Assembly (NCBI GenBank): GCA_963835245.1
Contig: CAWIEZ010000001.1
Location: 156,543-220,542 of the forward strand
Direction: 5' to 3'
From: an uncultured Planctomycetota bacterium
Lineage (GTDB): Bacteria > Planctomycetota > Planctomycetia > Gemmatales > Gemmataceae
Length of the DNA stretch: 64,000 nt
Position numbers and translations under genes: made by a program. Each line of letters starts with the position of its first letter. The stretch's first letter is position 1. Of the stretch, positions 52,401 through 60,835 are shown one piece after another. A model generated the notes under the pieces. That model made no database searches. It was not told the origin of the DNA and saw only the letters and a program-made list of their open reading frames with translations.

Positions 52401-52588
52401 CCCGGCGTGGTGTGTTTGTCCAGAAAGTTGTCGGCCTCATCGTAGGCATGCAACAACGCCTCGACCCGTTGGCGCAGTGGGGCATTGTCGCCGCAGGCTT
52501 CGTCGAGATAGGCCCGTCGTTCTTCCGGCGCGGTGATTTCGTGAGCGCGATCGAAGACGGACTTGGCGGTCGGCAAGAGGTTGTCCAC
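49440..52588 (-). CDS. Ser/Thr protein kinase with TM segment and C-terminal TPR array (copy 1); frameshifts near 50520 and 52400
   Basis: GTG at 52588 with AGGAG RBS. The kinase domain is near-identical to the downstream paralog. The TPR region at 50500-50560 is scrambled. Confidence 0.7.
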
Positions 52589-52617
52589 GATGACGACTCC
52601 TACGCAGGGAGAAAAAG

Positions 52618-55600
52618 CTACTTCTTCGCGGCATTCTTGGTCTTCGCTTGACGAGCTTGCTCCAGTTGCTTGCGCCACTTGGCCGCATCCTCTTTCTTGT
52701 CCATTGCTTCGTACAGTTGTACCAGACGTTCGAGCGCCTCGGTCAAGCGAATCTTGCCTTGCGGCGGAATCTTGGCCTCGCGTTGTTTCATGCCGTCGTA
52801 GCCTTTGAGCAGCAGCGGCTCGGCATCGGCGTATTTCTTCTGACCCACCAGCGCGGCGCCCAGCAGCGATTGGGCGTTGAAGGTGGCCCAATCGTCGGGC
52901 TGCTTGGCGAGACGGACTTTGAGGCAGTCGCGCAGCAGCGGCTCGGCGTCGGTGAATTTGTGCTGGTGCAGCAGATTCAGACCCAGCACAGCCATTGGCG
53001 CCGCCGTACGCGGATCGTCGGCGCCGAACTGCCGCCGCGCTTGTTCCAGAGCATCGCGGTGGATGGACTCTGATTTGGCGAACTGTCCGGCGCGTTCATA
53101 GGTCTTGGCCAAAGCACCGAGAATCCAGGGGAGTTGAGCCGGCGAACCGCCGGGACGGTTGCGGCCGCGTTTCAGAGCTTCTTCGAGGAGCGGGATGGCA
53201 TCCTTGAACCTTCCTGCATCGCGGTAATTGATGGCCAGATTGGCCATCACCTGGAGCGTGTCGGGGTGGTCGGTCCCGAGCTTGGCCTCGCTCTGCTTGA
53301 GGGTCTGTTCCAAAAGAGGGATGGCCTCGGTGATGCGGCCGGCGGACCAGTACGCCATGGCCAGGCCGGTGCGTGAAAGGAGCGTGTGGGGGTGGTCGGG
53401 TCCGAGTTTGACCTCCCTCTGCTTGAGGTTCTGTTCGTGCAGACGGATGGCCTCCTCGGTGCGGCCAACGGACCAGTACGCCAGGGCTAGATTGTTGCGG
53501 GAGGTGAGCGTGTCGGGGTGGTCGGTTCCGAGCTTGGACTCCTTCTGCTTGAGGGTCTGTTCGTGCAGGCGGATGGCGTCGGCGGCACGACCGGCGGACC
53601 AGTACGCCAGGGCCAGGTTGTTGCGGGATTGGAACGTGTCGGGGTGGTCGGGTCCGAGCTTGGCCTCCTTCTGCTTGAGGGTCTGTTCGTGCAGGCGGAT
53701 GGCGTCGGTGATACGGCCGGCGACACGGTACACCTCGGCAAGATTGTTGCGGGAGGTGAGTGTGTCGGCGTGGTCGGGTCCGAGCTTGGACTCCATTTGT
53801 TTGAGGGCCTGTTCGTAGAGACGGATGGCCTCGGCGCTGCGGCCGGCGGACCAGTATGCCGCGGCCAGGTTGTTGCGGGATTGGAGCGTGTCAGGATGGT
53901 CAGTGCCGAGCTTGGCCTCCCTCTGCTTGATGATCTGTTCGTGCAGGCGGATGGCGTCGGCGGTGCGGCCGGCGGACCAGTACGCATTGGCCAGGTTGTT
54001 GCGGGAGGTGAGCGTGTGGGGGTGGTCGGGTCCGAGCTTGGCCTCGTACTGCTTGAGGGTCTGTTCGTGGGGACGGATGGCCTCGGCGATGCGGCCGGCG
54101 GAATAGTACGCCAGAGCCAGGTTGTTGCGGGATATGAACGTATGGGGATGGTCGGCTCCGAGCTGGGTCTCACGCAAGGCCAGCGCCCGCTCATGCTGAC
54201 CGATCGCCAACACCGCCTCGCCCAAATACCAATAGGTCAAGCCCAGCGTGTTGCGGATCGACGCCTCCACCAACGGACGATCCGCGAACGATTTGGCGAT
54301 GTCCGGCTCGGCCGCATCCACCGCTTGACGCAACATCACCTTATTACCCAAACCGCCCTCCTGACCCGCCGGACGGCCCGCCGACAATACTTTGTCCTGG
54401 AAATACGCCAACACCGCCTTGGCGTCCTTCTCCGACTCCACGGCTTTGTCACGCTGCTCCGCCGTCGCCGTCCGCGCCGCCACCGCTTCATCCCGTTGAT
54501 CCTTGGCTTCCGTCTCCGCCATTGTGGCGCGAGCGCGTTCCTTCATTGCCCACACCGCCAACAGCGTACTCGCTACGGCGCCGACGACCACCAACAATAG
54601 CAACGCCGACGCCGTGGCCAAGCCGCGACGATGCTTCCACGCCAGCTTGCGTAGCCGATAGCGCGCCGACGGCGGACCTGCCTCCACGGGCTCATCGGCC
54701 AAATACCGTTGGATGTCGTGCGCCAGTCCATTGGCCGTGTCATAGCGGCGGCTGCGGTCCTTCTCCAACGCCTTCATAACCATCCAATCCACTTCGCCAC
54801 GCATCGCCTTGAGTAATCCCGCCGGCTCCAAGTGGCGCTGCGCCGACACCGACGCCAACGAATCCTTCGACTCGCTCAGCCGTGTGCTGGGACGCGGCGG
54901 CTCCTCTTCGCGGATCAGCCGCAGCACTTCCAGGATAGCCGCGTCTTTGATCCGCTGTCGGCTTAGCGGTGTGCTGCCCGTCAGCAGTTCGTACAGCAAC
55001 ACGCCCAGGCTGTAGATGTCCGAGCGCGTGTCGATGTCCAGAGCGTTGAACTCGGCTTGCTCCGGACTCATGTACTCCAAGGTGCCCACAATGCCGCCAA
55101 AGCCGGTGAACAGCGTGCGCTCCGTCAATTTCTGTCCCGTCGCCTTGGCCACGCCGAAATCAATGACCTTGGGCACCGGCTTGCCGTCGTAGGCGGCGAT
55201 CAATACATTGGACGGCTTGATGTCGCGGTGGATGATGCCCTTCTGATGAGCGTGCTGAATCGCTTGGCAAACGGGCGCGAACAATTCCAAGCGTTGCTTC
55301 GGCGTCAGTCGTTGCTCATCGCAATACTTGGTGATGGGGATGCCTTTGACCAACTCCATGACGAAATAGGGCCGGCCCGTTTGTGTCGTGCCCGCATCCA
55401 GCACCTTGGCGATGTTGGGATGGTCCATCAGTGCCAGCGCTTGCCGCTCCGCCTCGAAGCGAGCGATGACCTGAGCCGAGTCCATGCCGGCTTTGATGAT
55501 CTTGAGAGCGACCATGCGGCGGACGGGTTGTTGCTGTTCGGCCATGAAGACGACGCCCATGCCGCCTTCGCCGATTTGTTGCAGCAGTTTATACGGCCCG

Positions 55601-55854
55601 ATGCGGCTGCCCACCCCTTCCAGGGGAGCGGCGGACAAATCGCTGGCATCGAGCCACTGTCCGGGCGAGACATCGCTGGTGGCGCCGGCGTCGGGCTTGT
55701 CCAGAAAACTGCCGGCTTGCTCGTGAGCGCGCAGCAACGCCTCGACGCGGCGGCGCAGTTCGACATCGCCGCCGCAGGCTTGCTCCAGGAAGGCGGCGCG
55801 CTCGGCGGCATCGCGGCGCGCCAGCGCTTCGGCGAACAAAGATTCCTCGGTCAT
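52618..55854 (-). CDS. Ser/Thr protein kinase with TM segment and ~12 TPR repeats (copy 2, intact)
   Basis: MTEESLFAEALARRDAAERAAFLEQACGGD…, Hanks motifs ([16 protein letters not shown]). Near-identical 42-aa TPR units (…[34 protein letters not shown]…). Confidence 0.85.
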   Translation of the reverse strand: MTEESLFAEALARRDAAERAAFLEQACGGDVELRRRVEALLRAHEQAGSFLDKPDAGATSDVSPGQWLDASDLSAAPLEGVGSRIGPYKLLQQIGEGGMGVVFMAEQQQPVRRMVALKIIKAGMDSAQVIARFEAERQALALMDHPNIAKVLDAGTTQTGRPYFVMELVKGIPITKYCDEQRLTPKQRLELFAPVCQAIQHAHQKGIIHRDIKPSNVLIAAYDGKPVPKVIDFGVAKATGQKLTERTLFTGFGGIVGTLEYMSPEQAEFNALDIDTRSDIYSLGVLLYELLTGSTPLSRQRIKDAAILEVLRLIREEEPPRPSTRLSESKDSLASVSAQRHLEPAGLLKAMRGEVDWMVMKALEKDRSRRYDTANGLAHDIQRYLADEPVEAGPPSARYRLRKLAWKHRRGLATASALLLLVVVGAVASTLLAVWAMKERARATMAETEAKDQRDEAVAARTATAEQRDKAVESEKDAKAVLAYFQDKVLSAGRPAGQEGGLGNKVMLRQAVDAAEPDIAKSFADRPLVEASIRNTLGLTYWYLGEAVLAIGQHERALALRETQLGADHPHTFISRNNLALAYYSAGRIAEAIRPHEQTLKQYEAKLGPDHPHTLTSRNNLANAYWSAGRTADAIRLHEQIIKQREAKLGTDHPDTLQSRNNLAAAYWSAGRSAEAIRLYEQALKQMESKLGPDHADTLTSRNNLAEVYRVAGRITDAIRLHEQTLKQKEAKLGPDHPDTFQSRNNLALAYWSAGRAADAIRLHEQTLKQKESKLGTDHPDTLTSRNNLALAYWSVGRTEEAIRLHEQNLKQREVKLGPDHPHTLLSRTGLAMAYWSAGRITEAIPLLEQTLKQSEAKLGTDHPDTLQVMANLAINYRDAGRFKDAIPLLEEALKRGRNRPGGSPAQLPWILGALAKTYERAGQFAKSESIHRDALEQARRQFGADDPRTAAPMAVLGLNLLHQHKFTDAEPLLRDCLKVRLAKQPDDWATFNAQSLLGAALVGQKKYADAEPLLLKGYDGMKQREAKIPPQGKIRLTEALERLVQLYEAMDKKEDAAKWRKQLEQARQAKTKNAAKK
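53230..54200. repeat. ~126-bp near-identical tandem repeats (TPR-coding) inside the kinase gene
   Basis: Recurrent …gagggtctgttcgtgcaggcggatggcgtcggcg…gtacgccagggccaggttgttgcggga… units. A similar block is in copy 1 (49900-50850). Confidence 0.8.
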
Positions 55855-56194
55855 GGCGGACCCTCGCTGTTGGAGACGGCAAAAATTGACAGCTACATCC
55901 ATCCATGCGAAAAGCGGGGCGGAAAAGCCTCACGGCGTTGACAATTTTTCGTCGCCGTCGTGGCCGCGCGTGAGTTCGACATGAAGCCAGACGCGCGTAG
56001 GTCCACCCCAGGCGAAGATAGGCTTCGTGAACGAGAGCTGTGGCGTCGAGCGTTGGTCCGGGTTTCTCGTGACCAGCGGCAATAAATGGTCGGCCGCGCG
56101 CGCATCGCCGGCTTCTAGGGCGTTCAAAAATTGGATCGCGTCGCTCATGTTCGTCGAGCATACCGCGATCCGCCGGCAATGCCAACTTTTTCCA

Positions 56195-56243
56195 CCAGCC
56201 CGCCGCGCCAGCAAGGGATGCCCTTGCTGGCGCGGCGGGCTGG
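56195..56243. repeat. REP-like hairpin family F3, second copy: CCAGCCCGCCGCGCCAGCAAGGG-atg-CCCTTGCTGGCGCGGCGGGCTGG
   Basis: 23-bp perfect arms, immediately downstream of the SGNH hydrolase stop. Related to 40379-40442. Confidence 0.85.
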
Positions 56244-56251
56244 CAAGCCGG

Positions 56252-57499
56252 CTACTTCATCGCCTTCAACTCAAAGCGATGTGCCGCCGGCTGCACTTTT
56301 TTGTAGATCGCTTCCTGACGGGACTGAATCTCGTCCATGAGTTTTTTCAATTCCTTCGGCTTGCGTTCCTTGTAGACATCAGCCAACCAGTAGGCTGACG
56401 GCGGCGGCGCCATTACTACCTGACGGAAACGCTTGTGAACGATATTGTTCTTCTCGTTTATCATCTTGAACACTTCCTGCCCCTGGTCAAAAAGCGCTCC
56501 GCTGCCGAGATTGCCGAGGTTGACGCCCTTGCTCAACTCCTCCGCCGTGTATTCGCCGACCTTCTTGCCATCGATGCTCAGAGCATACTTACCGTCGCTC
56601 AACCCCGTCGCCTTGAGTCCGTAATAATTGAGTTCTTTTAACTCGCTGACATAAGGCAGAATGGGCCGCCAATCCGGCTGAATGGGCATCGGCAGCGCCT
56701 TGTCCGTGCGCTGGAACGAGATACCGTCGCTCGTCACCGCCAGTTCCTCGATGGTGCAATCGGTCGGCGTGGCCTTTTTGGCGGCGGCGTCGATCTCGAC
56801 ATCGCTGACGATGGCGGGCGCCCGCAAGCCGGTGAGGATCGTATGGGCCATCAGCAGGCCGCCGGGTCCGTTGGTGTGAACGCCATCCGGGAATGGGTGG
56901 ACGTTGGCATTGTCCTCGGCGATCTTGGCCAGCACTTTGCGCGTCACGGCATACTGATCGACGAACGGCACGTTGTATTTCTCGGCCAATTCCTTGAGAG
57001 GAGCGTAGAACTTCTGCTGCGTCTCCAGGTAGGTCTTCAAGAACGGCTTGGCGCGGACTTCGACGGCGTTGGGCGAAATAAGGGCGACACGGACGCCGGC
57101 TTTCTTGGCGGCTTGCAGCATGGCCTCGGTTTTCTTAATGTACTCCGCGGCGAACATGGGAATGAAAGCTCCATAGCGGCCGTCGTTCATGCCGAAATCG
57201 ATGGTCAGCGCCGTCGGCTTCTCGGCCAGGACGTGATTGGTGAAACGACTCGCGCCGCCGTTGGCCGTATCGCCGCCGATGCCGGTGTTGATGAACGTCA
57301 TTTTGCCGTGCGGAAAGCGCGTCGTCAGATACAATTCGATGTCGGTGGAATACTGGTACTGCTCGGTGATGCTGTCGCCGAGAAAGACAATGCGATCGCC
57401 TTTGCGGAAGAAGAAGTCCTTGCCATTGTCCGCCGCGACGAGCGGAGCCGACACGAGGACGAGCGACACGAGGGACAGATACGATGTGGCGCGGTGCAT
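56252..57499 (-). CDS. SGNH/GDSL-family hydrolase (secreted)
   Basis: Signal peptide. GDSIT(E) block I (IVFLGDSITEQY), GIGGDT block II, further SGNH blocks. Confidence 0.7.
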   Translation of the reverse strand: MHRATSYLSLVSLVLVSAPLVAADNGKDFFFRKGDRIVFLGDSITEQYQYSTDIELYLTTRFPHGKMTFINTGIGGDTANGGASRFTNHVLAEKPTALTIDFGMNDGRYGAFIPMFAAEYIKKTEAMLQAAKKAGVRVALISPNAVEVRAKPFLKTYLETQQKFYAPLKELAEKYNVPFVDQYAVTRKVLAKIAEDNANVHPFPDGVHTNGPGGLLMAHTILTGLRAPAIVSDVEIDAAAKKATPTDCTIEELAVTSDGISFQRTDKALPMPIQPDWRPILPYVSELKELNYYGLKATGLSDGKYALSIDGKKVGEYTAEELSKGVNLGNLGSGALFDQGQEVFKMINEKNNIVHKRFRQVVMAPPPSAYWLADVYKERKPKELKKLMDEIQSRQEAIYKKVQPAAHRFELKAMK

Positions 57500-57568
57500 G
57501 ATTGAGATCTCCGGTAGGTTTTGGTCCAGTCCCGTTGTAACGGCGGCGCGCTGCCTCGGCAACTCCCT

Positions 57569-58453
57569 TCAACCGCGATTCAACTCCGTCCACAGGGCTT
57601 TGTAATAGCGCAGCATCTCCACGCCGGACGATTCATTCGGCTCGATGCGGCCAACTTCGCACAGCGTCGCGCGATCGTAACCGTGTTCGCGGAACAGGCG
57701 GAACAGTTCGCGGTAGGGATAGACGCCAGCCGCGTCCTTGTACAATTCATTGATGTGGCAAGAGCGAATCCACGGCCATAGAAGATGGAAATACTCCGCT
57801 ACAGAACCGCCTTTGAGATCGCTGGCGTTGGCGTTCCACGTCAGGCCGACTTGCCGATGGCGGCAATGCTCCATGATGGTTTTCATGTGCGGCGGATGGG
57901 CCGTGCCGCGGCCGTGAACCTCGACCCAGATTTCGACGCCGGCATCCGCCGCCGCCTGGCCGCACGGAATCAACGCTTTGCCGATCTGCTCCAGCGTCTT
58001 CTCGACCGGCACATCCTTGGGCAGACCATTGGGCCGCACTTTGACGCCGCGTCCGCCGAGGTCGGCGACGAGATCGACGAAGCGCTTGCACGTTTCGATG
58101 TTCTTCTCGACCACGGCGGCGTCCGGCGATTGAAACTCGCAAGTGGTGCCGCAGCCCCAGATGGTGATGCCGGCATCGGCGAAGCGCCGGCGTACTTCCT
58201 TACGCTGGTCTTTGCTAAGCGATGGCTCGACGCCGTGCTTGTGCGTGGTGCGCAGCTCCACCGGCGAGATGCCGGCGCTTTTGCATACACGCAGCAGTGT
58301 GGTGAGATCCCATGACGCGGCCAGATTGTAGGTGACGAGACCGAGACGGAATTTCGGCGTCTTATCGTCTTTGACAGCTGGAGCGGCGGAAGCGGTTGGG
58401 ACGGCGAGTCCGGCGGCGAGAGCGCCGGCTTGCAAGAAACGACGGCGGTGCAT
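57569..58453 (-). CDS. sugar phosphate isomerase/epimerase (xylose-isomerase-like TIM barrel), Tat signal
   Basis: MHRRRFLQAGALAAGLAVPTASA twin-arginine signal. TIM-barrel pattern with HxxxxE-like metal residues (WVEVHG, EVGRIE). Confidence 0.7.
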   Translation of the reverse strand: MHRRRFLQAGALAAGLAVPTASAAPAVKDDKTPKFRLGLVTYNLAASWDLTTLLRVCKSAGISPVELRTTHKHGVEPSLSKDQRKEVRRRFADAGITIWGCGTTCEFQSPDAAVVEKNIETCKRFVDLVADLGGRGVKVRPNGLPKDVPVEKTLEQIGKALIPCGQAAADAGVEIWVEVHGRGTAHPPHMKTIMEHCRHRQVGLTWNANASDLKGGSVAEYFHLLWPWIRSCHINELYKDAAGVYPYRELFRLFREHGYDRATLCEVGRIEPNESSGVEMLRYYKALWTELNRG

Positions 58454-58683
58454 GGTGATAACTCCCGGAAGAAAAAATGGCTTGACGGCGCGGCGACCAT
58501 TCATCCGTCGCCTACTCTATCCGGCGATACGGCGAATGCTAGAGAAAGAAGACGGATAATACCTTCGGGAGTTAGAGCCATTAACAGAATGAGCGAGTAG
58601 GCCGCCGATTACGACCGATGGGAGAATCTGTGGTACAAAAGGAGAAGGTTGAACCGCGAAAGACACGAAAAAAGGAGAAGACC

Positions 58684-58926
58684 ATGACGACAACAATGGC
58701 GGTGGAAGACATCAAGTTGACGCTGCCGGATCTCCTCGACAGTCTGACACCAGGCGATGAGATCATCTTGACCCGGAATCAGCAGTCCGTGGCGAAGTTA
58801 GTGAGTACGGTAGCGATCCCACAGCCGAAGCAGCGGCCCGATCCTGGTCTGTGCAAAGGGATGATTACCTACATCGCCCCGGACTTCGACGCTCCGCTCG
58901 AAGATATGAAGGAGTACATGGAGTGA
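58684..58926 (+). CDS. vapB: type II antitoxin (Phd/YefM- or VapB-like)
   Basis: 80 aa. Its stop overlaps the GTG start of the PIN gene (GTGA). Confidence 0.65.
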   Translation: MTTTMAVEDIKLTLPDLLDSLTPGDEIILTRNQQSVAKLVSTVAIPQPKQRPDPGLCKGMITYIAPDFDAPLEDMKEYME

Positions 58927-59318
58927 AACTCCTGCTCGATACGCACACACTCTTATGGCACGCCGACGGCGACCCGCGGATGAGTGCCACAGCTACCGCT
59001 TTACTCATCGACCCGGCGAATGCGTTGTTCTTGAGCATGGCGACCGTGTGGGAAATCGCCATCAAAGTGGGCCTGACGAAACTCACCCTGTCGGCCCCCT
59101 ATGTCGCCTTCATGACACGGGCAATTACAGGATACGGGCTGACGGTGTTGCCGATGACGTTGGGCGACTGTGCGGCTTACGAGCAGCTTCCGTTTCCCCA
59201 TCAGCAGCACCGCGATCCATTCGACCGGATGATTGTCATCCACGCCATTCGGAACGGACTTTCGGTGATTGGCGTTGACGCGGCGTTCGATCCCTACGGC
59301 ATCAGCCGCTTGTGGTGA
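58923..59318 (+). CDS. vapC: PIN-domain ribonuclease toxin
   Basis: LLLDTHTLLW… N-terminal Asp and the conserved acidic residues of PIN. 131 aa. Confidence 0.8.
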   Translation: MKLLLDTHTLLWHADGDPRMSATATALLIDPANALFLSMATVWEIAIKVGLTKLTLSAPYVAFMTRAITGYGLTVLPMTLGDCAAYEQLPFPHQQHRDPFDRMIVIHAIRNGLSVIGVDAAFDPYGISRLW

Positions 59319-59453
59319 AAACCGGAGCGGAAAAGGTTCCTGACCATTTCTCGGTAAGCAGCAGGAATAATTCTTGCCGCCATCCTCCGGCACGATAGGA
59401 TGGAGTTCCTGACATCGCTTCTCCGCCCTTCATCCTTGTTCACGGAGAAAACC

Positions 59454-60680
59454 ATGCGCCGATTGCTCGTTCTCCAAGTGTTTGTCGTGAATGTTCTGGT
59501 TCTGACGGCGGCGCCGCCAAGCACGCCGGCCAAAAAGGATGCCACACCAACGCGCATTGTCGGCTACTTCCCGGAGTGGAGCGTTCCCGGCCGCAAAGCC
59601 GGCATCGCCGATCTGCCCGCCGACAAGCTCACGCACATCAACTACGCCTTCGCCCGCATTCATGACGGCGAGTGCGCTCTCAATGACGCCCGCGCCGCCG
59701 TCGAGAGGGTCTACCCCGGCGACGACATGGCTAAGGGAGCGCTGCACGGCCACTTCAACCAACTACGCAAGCTCAAGGCCAAGCATCCCCATTTGAAGAC
59801 ACTTCTCTCCGTCGGCGGATGGACGCTGTCCGGCGAGTTCTCCGACGCCGCTCTGAGCGAGCAATCGCGCGGCAAGTTCGCTCGTTCGGCCGTCGCCTTC
59901 TTACCCCGCTACGGTTTCGACGGCATCGACATCGATTGGGAGTTTCCCGTCGGCGGAGGGTTGGAAAAGAACAAGGCCCGACCAGAGGACAAGCGCAATT
60001 TCACGCTGTTATTGGCGGCGCTGCGCAAGGAACTGGATGCCCGCGGCAAGGCAGACAGCCGCCATTACCTGTTGACTATCGCCGCTCCAGCCGGTCCGAA
60101 AACTTATGCCAACATGGAACTGGACCGAATCGCGCCGCTGCTGGATTGGATCAACCTGATGACTTACGATTTTCATGGCAGTTGGAGTCCGCTGACCAAC
60201 TTCAACGCTCCGCTGTATGCGTCGAAAGACGATCCGGCGACCGACGAAACGGTTCGTCGCCGCTTCAACGTCGATGCGGCGGTGCAGGGTTATCTCGACG
60301 CGGGAGTGCCGGCGGACAAGATCGTGGTGGGCGTGCCGTTTTACGGCCACGGCTGGGGCGGCGTCAAGGACGTCAATCACGGTCTGTATCAGCCGCATGG
60401 CCGCACCGCGCCGCACGGCGGTTCCTGGGACTACCGCGATTTGGCCGCCAACTATCTGGGCAAACTGCCGCGCTATTGGCACGCCGATGCCAAGGTGCCC
60501 TGGCTGTACGACGCTAAAAACGGCGTCATGATCTCTTACGACGACGCGGAATCGCTGAAACTGAAAGCGGAGTACGTTCGGCAAAAGAAGCTCGGCGGCG
60601 CGATGATCTGGGAATTGACCGCCGATGCCAAGGATTGGCCGCTGCTGGACGCGCTGCACGGCGCGTTGCGGGGAAAATGA
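59454..60680 (+). CDS. GH18 chitinase (secreted)
   Basis: DGIDIDWEFP (DxxDxDxE catalytic motif), …MTYDFHG…, …GAMIWEL… Signal peptide. RBS GGAGAAAAC. Confidence 0.9.
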   Translation: MRRLLVLQVFVVNVLVLTAAPPSTPAKKDATPTRIVGYFPEWSVPGRKAGIADLPADKLTHINYAFARIHDGECALNDARAAVERVYPGDDMAKGALHGHFNQLRKLKAKHPHLKTLLSVGGWTLSGEFSDAALSEQSRGKFARSAVAFLPRYGFDGIDIDWEFPVGGGLEKNKARPEDKRNFTLLLAALRKELDARGKADSRHYLLTIAAPAGPKTYANMELDRIAPLLDWINLMTYDFHGSWSPLTNFNAPLYASKDDPATDETVRRRFNVDAAVQGYLDAGVPADKIVVGVPFYGHGWGGVKDVNHGLYQPHGRTAPHGGSWDYRDLAANYLGKLPRYWHADAKVPWLYDAKNGVMISYDDAESLKLKAEYVRQKKLGGAMIWELTADAKDWPLLDALHGALRGK

Positions 60681-60835
60681 GTGAAAGGGAGAGCCGATCG
60701 TTCGGTTCGTGCCTCGCAGCGAAGTATAATGGTCAAAGGAGATAATTGCCGATCTCTTGAGGCATCCTCCGCTTGGCCTTTATAATGAAAGCTGTCCGCG
60801 ACGGACGATAAGAGCGTTCCCTGGGAGTCACAACG

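Noticed and set aside
53230-54200. Regularly spaced near-identical ~126-bp repeats that superficially resemble a CRISPR array
   Set aside because: They are in-frame TPR units inside a kinase gene. There are no unique spacers: the whole unit repeats, and each encodes the same 42-aa motif.
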